From Bacteroidota bacterium (GTDB taxonomy: Bacteria > Bacteroidota > Bacteroidia > NS11-12g > UBA9320): a stretch of DNA of 64,000 bases. The position numbers and the translations under genes are program-made. Below are positions 59,393 to 64,000 of the stretch, piece by piece (position 1 is the first letter of the stretch; every line of letters starts with the position of its first letter). The stretch lies in assembly GCA_002746305.1 (NCBI GenBank), contig NVWV01000002.1, forward strand, positions 43,737 through 107,736, read 5' to 3'. The notes beneath the pieces are model-generated. The model ran no database searches. It was not told the origin of the DNA and saw only the letters and a program-made list of their open reading frames with translations.

Positions 59393-61546
59393 ATGCAACT
59401 AAAACCAAAAATCTTAATTCTCTTCGCATTTATGTGTCTTTGGGTAAACCCAATAATGGCAGAGCAAGATTCTACTTCTAGTCCTGAAGTAACAGAATTG
59501 TCAGGGGAAATTTTTAAGAACATTAATGCAAAAGGTATAGAGTCCGGAGCGAATTTTTCTTGGGCCATAGATTATAAAAAAATAGGTCAGGTCAAAAACG
59601 TAATTATTAAGTACCAACGAAAGATTGAAAAGGGTAAAGAGTGGAAGTATTCACCAGTAATTGATGCTCAGGAAACCTCTTTTACCTTGGAGGGAATGAG
59701 AGGAGCAGATAAGTATATTTGGAAATTAGGATGTATGGAAGATGGGAGTAGTATCTCTTCTATATTGAAAAATGGAGTTCCTGAAACTGATAAGTTAGTT
59801 TGGTCATCCAAAGGAAGTTACAAGACAGAACGTCCATGGGGATTGTACAAAATTTTGGTTTTACTAGGTTCATTAGGGTTTTTCATTTTCGGAATGAAAC
59901 TAATGTCTGAAGGCCTCCAGCAAACTGCAGGTGGTGGATTGAGAAAAATACTAAGTACGATGACTAGGAATAGATATCTAGGTGTACTCAGTGGTTTCCT
60001 TATTACGGCTATTGTTCAATCATCGTCAGCAACAACAGTTATGACGGTAAGTTTTGTAAATGCGGGGCTACTCACATTATTAGAATCTGCAGGTGTTATG
60101 ATGGGTGCCAATATCGGTACAACTATTACTGGATGGCTGGTTTCTTTATTTGGATTTAAAATTAGTCTTTCAAGTTATGCCTTAATATTTATTGCTTTGG
60201 GAGCACCTTTAATGTTTATGGCAAAAAAGAACTTAAAGGGATGGGCAAATGCCATTATTGGCTTTGCAATACTATTTATGGGATTAGGCTTTCTGAAAGA
60301 TGCAGTTCCAGATTTGGATGCAGATTCGTCTATTGTTCATTTCTTTACACAGTTTAGTGATTCTCCGTTTTTGGGTAGGATAGCGTTTGTGCTATTAGGG
60401 ACACTTGTTACAGTGGTTGTACAATCATCTAGTGCTGCTATGGCACTTACATTGACACTTGTTCTCAAAGGGATTATCCCATTTGAAGTAGGTGCGGCGA
60501 TGATTCTTGGAGAAAATATAGGTACGACTATCACAGCAGAGCTTGCATCTCTAGTTGGAAATGTTCACGCAAAGAGATCTGCACGTATTCACTCTATGTT
60601 CAATGTCGTTGGAGTTGTTTGGATGATATTCTTAATGCCGTTTTTCTTGGATTTTGTAATTTGGGTAACAACTTCTTGGTTTGGAATGGAGCCATTCTTG
60701 GATGAGGCAGGAAAAACTATAAATGGAGCAGGAGCAACCATTGGGTTATCCGCATTCCATACTGCATTTAATCTTATGAATGTTTTACTTCTCATTGGTT
60801 TTGTACCCTTGCTTGTGAAAATAGCTGAGCGTACAGTTAAGTCTAAAGGGGAAGATGATGAAGTATTTAAGTTAGAGTACATAGCTGGAGGAATAACATC
60901 AACACCAGAACTCTCATTATTAGAAGCGAAAAAGGAAGTGGCGAAGTTTGGTGAACTTACGTTTAAAATGCACAATAAGGCTTTTGATTTAATAAATGAG
61001 TCAGATAGTAAAAAGCGTAATAAACTAATAAAGAAGCTTACGAAGTATGAGGATATCACAGATAGATTGGAGACAGAAATTGCCAACTACTTAGGTAATG
61101 TATCCGCAAGTAAGTTGTCTGAAGAGTCTTCTTCTGAGTTGCGTTCTATGCTTAGTATTACGAATGATTTAGAACGAATAGGGGATATTTATTTTGAAAT
61201 AGCGAAGTCCATAGAAAAGAAAAGTGACTCTAAATTATGGTTTGATCAGAAGCAAAGAGATAATTTAAATGATCTTATGAAAGAGGTCGAAATAGCCTTC
61301 AATCAAATGTTAGAGAATTTGAATGGTAAGTACTCGGATATTGAAATGGATAAGGCTCGCATGATGGAAATTGCTATAAATGAATTAAGGGACAAAATTC
61401 GTAAGAAGCATCTTAAGAGCATGGAAAAGAAAGAATATAATGCTCAAAGTGGATTGATCTATAGTAATATTTTTGCTAGTATAGAAAGAGTAGGTGATCA
61501 TATTATAAATGTGTCCGAAGCTGCAAGCGGAATTAACCTGAACTAG
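59393..61546 (+). CDS. Na+/phosphate cotransporter (NptA, Na/Pi-II-related) fused to C-terminal PhoU-like repeats, with an unusual N-terminal signal peptide plus ~130-aa FN3-like domain
   Basis: 717 aa. LGFFIFGMKLMSEGLQ and QSSSATTVM/QSSSAAMAL, the duplicated Na_Pi_cotrans motifs. C-terminal paired PhoU-like helices (...IERVGDHIINVSE). The N-terminal MQLKPKILILFAFMCLWVNPIMA is followed by a beta-rich segment (FSWAIDYKK...NVIIKYQRKIEKGKEWKY...TSFTLEGMRGADKYIWKL) that is not part of canonical NptA. Confidence 0.8.
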   Translation: MQLKPKILILFAFMCLWVNPIMAEQDSTSSPEVTELSGEIFKNINAKGIESGANFSWAIDYKKIGQVKNVIIKYQRKIEKGKEWKYSPVIDAQETSFTLEGMRGADKYIWKLGCMEDGSSISSILKNGVPETDKLVWSSKGSYKTERPWGLYKILVLLGSLGFFIFGMKLMSEGLQQTAGGGLRKILSTMTRNRYLGVLSGFLITAIVQSSSATTVMTVSFVNAGLLTLLESAGVMMGANIGTTITGWLVSLFGFKISLSSYALIFIALGAPLMFMAKKNLKGWANAIIGFAILFMGLGFLKDAVPDLDADSSIVHFFTQFSDSPFLGRIAFVLLGTLVTVVVQSSSAAMALTLTLVLKGIIPFEVGAAMILGENIGTTITAELASLVGNVHAKRSARIHSMFNVVGVVWMIFLMPFFLDFVIWVTTSWFGMEPFLDEAGKTINGAGATIGLSAFHTAFNLMNVLLLIGFVPLLVKIAERTVKSKGEDDEVFKLEYIAGGITSTPELSLLEAKKEVAKFGELTFKMHNKAFDLINESDSKKRNKLIKKLTKYEDITDRLETEIANYLGNVSASKLSEESSSELRSMLSITNDLERIGDIYFEIAKSIEKKSDSKLWFDQKQRDNLNDLMKEVEIAFNQMLENLNGKYSDIEMDKARMMEIAINELRDKIRKKHLKSMEKKEYNAQSGLIYSNIFASIERVGDHIINVSEAASGINLN

Positions 61547-61685
61547 TAGATTTACACTATAAAGAACTAAGGGTTATAAACCTCTTTTTAAGGCGGTTTA
61601 TAGCCCTTTTTACTGAATTCTGGGTTTGGACTATATCACGGGATATTTTTACGTAATTCAAAACGTAAATAACATCTAGTATTAT

Positions 61686-62732
61686 ATGCTCAATAGACTA
61701 AAGTTAGTGCTACTTTTAATTATAATAAACACTAGTATCCATAAGATGTATGCACAATGCAGTGTACAAAGAGTATTCATCAATGCTGTGCTTGCCGACC
61801 CTAATAGTAGTACTCATAATTTCGATACAGACGGAGATGGAACACCATCTTCAAATGATGACGAATTCGTCCAAATATGTAATGATAGTTCAGGAGATGT
61901 GGCTATTTCTGGATGGACACTTTCGGATGCGGTATCATTACGCTATACATTTTCATCTCCAGACACAATTAGAGCTGGAGAATGTCTTACTGTAATTACT
62001 GATTGGTCAGGAGCTGGAACTATGCCTTCGTACTTTAGAGACGTTAACTCAGGATCTGCAATTTGGAATAATGGAGGAGATGACATTGTTCTTTGCAATG
62101 GAAGTGATACGTGTATTGAGATATATGCTAGCCCAACTGCTGGCTGTGTTACACTTCTAGTAGGTGTCGACACCAATGATTGTGTACTGACACCAACTGA
62201 TTTAGGACCTAGTTATCTTCCTGTAGAGTTGTTATATTTTAGAGCCTATAGAAGTGGTCAGGTTGTTAACTTGTCATGGTCAACGGTGGTAGAGAAGAAT
62301 AGCCTAGCATTTGAAATTCAGAGATCTACGGACAGAGGAGGTTTTCTGACCATTGGATATAGAGATGCGGCAGGAAACTCAAACCAAATAACGTCATATA
62401 ACTATTCAGATTTCTGGATACCCAAGGCTCACTATAGACTTAAGCAAATAGATTTTGATGGGAACTATATGTTCTCCAATGTTATGAAGGTTGCAGGTTT
62501 TTCAAATGAAAACATACGGGTTCTCAATGGTGAGATTACGCTAGAATTTCATTCAACTAGTGAATTTATTTCAGAGTATGTTTTAACTTCAATATCTGGA
62601 ACCGTCTTGAGACAAGGTGAATTTATAACATCACTGAAACTATTCAAATCAAATTTCGGTTTGGGCATCTACCTAATACAAATAAATCAGAATGGTTCAC
62701 AAAAAACGTATAAGTGGATTAACACAAACTAG
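61686..62732 (+). CDS. Secreted lamin-tail-domain (LTD) protein with a probable T9SS C-terminal sorting domain
   Basis: 348 aa. Signal peptide, then the LTD pattern VFINAVLADPNSS...DGDGT...DEFVQICNDSSGDVAISGWTLSD...IRAGECLTVI. C-terminal beta-rich ~80 aa (VLNGEITLEFHS...GIYLIQINQNGSQKTYKWINTN) resembles a type-A T9SS CTD. Confidence 0.7.
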   Translation: MLNRLKLVLLLIIINTSIHKMYAQCSVQRVFINAVLADPNSSTHNFDTDGDGTPSSNDDEFVQICNDSSGDVAISGWTLSDAVSLRYTFSSPDTIRAGECLTVITDWSGAGTMPSYFRDVNSGSAIWNNGGDDIVLCNGSDTCIEIYASPTAGCVTLLVGVDTNDCVLTPTDLGPSYLPVELLYFRAYRSGQVVNLSWSTVVEKNSLAFEIQRSTDRGGFLTIGYRDAAGNSNQITSYNYSDFWIPKAHYRLKQIDFDGNYMFSNVMKVAGFSNENIRVLNGEITLEFHSTSEFISEYVLTSISGTVLRQGEFITSLKLFKSNFGLGIYLIQINQNGSQKTYKWINTN

Positions 62733-62792
62733 CAAACAACACTCATTAAAGTGTTGTTTTATTCTCAGATCTAAACCTTGATATAATAAAGG

Positions 62793-63743
62793 CTAAAGTA
62801 TTTTACACGTCTCCAAATTGTCAATACCCCAATTATCCAATTCGTCTTTACTCCATAGCTCAGGGAAGAAAATTCTTTTCTGGTATTTTGGAAGCATATA
62901 TTTACGCCAATCACTTCCACCCGTTGCTTCTTCAACTGTACCGTCAGGTTTTGCTAGATATTTACCTGCAGCATGGTAATGAGCCATAACCCAACGAACG
63001 TTCATCGTATGATCATAATGACGCATTGCATTCAATAATTTTTTATTAGTACGTTCTGATTCTGGTAATGATTTGAATCGTGTCCACATATTCGTTTCAT
63101 TATACTTTTTCATAAAACGAATAAAGTCTTTACGGTATTTGTTTTCAAAATTACTCAATAGAGCATTTTTTTTGCCTGTTTTATGGTCTTTACCTGCGGC
63201 TTGCCAATACAAATGCTCAAAGGCGTGGCTAAATGGCGTGTCTCGGTCTATGGTAGCTCTGAAACGGTTGTCTATTAAGTTAATTAGTTCAGTACTTGCA
63301 AACTCAATTTTTCGATACTGTGCACTTTGAAAGCCGCTTGCAGGAGTCAATGTATGTCTAAATTTTTGATATTGCTCTAAACTCATTCCGTCCCCCATTA
63401 CACTAAAAGATGAAGCTAACACGTCAACGTATCTGCTAACTCTATAAAGCTTTTCAGAAAAGAAGTCCACAGTTAAATCTTCTTTTTTAGAAACTTGTTC
63501 CAATTCCCATAGCATCATTTTAAAAAGCAATTCATTTACTTGATGGTACATTATAAAAACCATCTCATCTGGATATTGCGTTCGTTGTTGTTGTAAACTC
63601 AGTAAGGCATCCGTTTTTATATAATCCCAGTAGGTAATGTAGTTTGCATGCAACAAACCTTGAAGATGTGTATCCAAGTCCTGTCCAGAAGCACTAAATT
63701 TCTCCTCTAGTTGTTTGAGTAATTGTTCTCTTTCTTTGGTCAT
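62793..63743 (-). CDS. kynA: Tryptophan 2,3-dioxygenase
   Basis: 316 aa. DEMVFIMYHQVNELLFKMMLWEL matches the TDO haem-pocket motif (DEx.FIv.HQ..ELwFK), and the length fits. Confidence 0.8.
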   Translation of the reverse strand: MTKEREQLLKQLEEKFSASGQDLDTHLQGLLHANYITYWDYIKTDALLSLQQQRTQYPDEMVFIMYHQVNELLFKMMLWELEQVSKKEDLTVDFFSEKLYRVSRYVDVLASSFSVMGDGMSLEQYQKFRHTLTPASGFQSAQYRKIEFASTELINLIDNRFRATIDRDTPFSHAFEHLYWQAAGKDHKTGKKNALLSNFENKYRKDFIRFMKKYNETNMWTRFKSLPESERTNKKLLNAMRHYDHTMNVRWVMAHYHAAGKYLAKPDGTVEEATGGSDWRKYMLPKYQKRIFFPELWSKDELDNWGIDNLETCKIL

Positions 63744-64000
63744 TGTTCGGCAAATAAAAGGGATTTGATGAATAGGTGAGTTATGATATTTATCGTAACC
63801 CTATTCAAGTAGTAATATGAAGCTTGAATTACGAAATAAATTGACTATTCGATGTATGAGATTCAATGAGGTAACAGTTGAATAAATATGCCCCATTTAC
63901 CATTGATATACCAAAATAATACTTCTTTCAATTGTTTAATTCTTGTTAGAATTCACGCCTAGTTATGCTCTGCCTGACTTGGAACTCAAGTGCAGAATGT

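Overview
This 64 kb window looks like a chromosomal segment from a low-GC Bacteroidota genome. It shows T9SS C-terminal sorting domains, an ECF/FecR/TonB-receptor signalling locus, few Shine-Dalgarno sites and several TTG starts. It is gene-dense on both strands and mostly housekeeping: ribBA (partial at the left edge), pyrG, kdsB, a 2-oxo-acid dehydrogenase E2, dnaN, parE-parC, secA, purD, tatC, rpiB, fabG, cdd, kynA and one tRNA-Cys(GCA). No transposase, integrase, CRISPR array or rRNA was seen. Accessory islands are embedded in this core: (1) a three-gene string of a secreted LRR-like 740-aa protein, an ECF sigma factor and a 544-aa single-pass membrane protein with no recognisable domains (2721..7180); (2) an ECF sigma / FecR / STN-TonB transducer / DUF4249 cell-surface signalling locus whose FecR is preceded by a duplicated, truncated FecR N-terminal mini-ORF (34695..39755); (3) an 896-aa T9SS cargo adhesin with five tandem Ig-like repeats and a PKD domain, next to the lone tRNA-Cys; (4) a PAP2 phosphatase / ArnT-like GT-C / second GT-C-like membrane protein / GNAT envelope-modification cluster (53917..58046); (5) a phosphate-selective-porin plus NptA-PhoU module with a 7-mer TAACATT repeated at 11-bp (Pho-box-like) spacing upstream, and an unusual signal-peptide plus FN3-like N-terminal extension on the transporter (58087..61546); (6) a cluster of a PF04298 metallopeptidase and two uncharacterised envelope proteins (50924..53467). 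Two likely frameshifts or truncations were read directly from the sequence (DoxX at ~7568; endonuclease-V-like N-terminus at ~25910). All functional calls come from reading motifs by eye without database searches; coordinates of small RNA and regulatory elements are approximate to a few nt.
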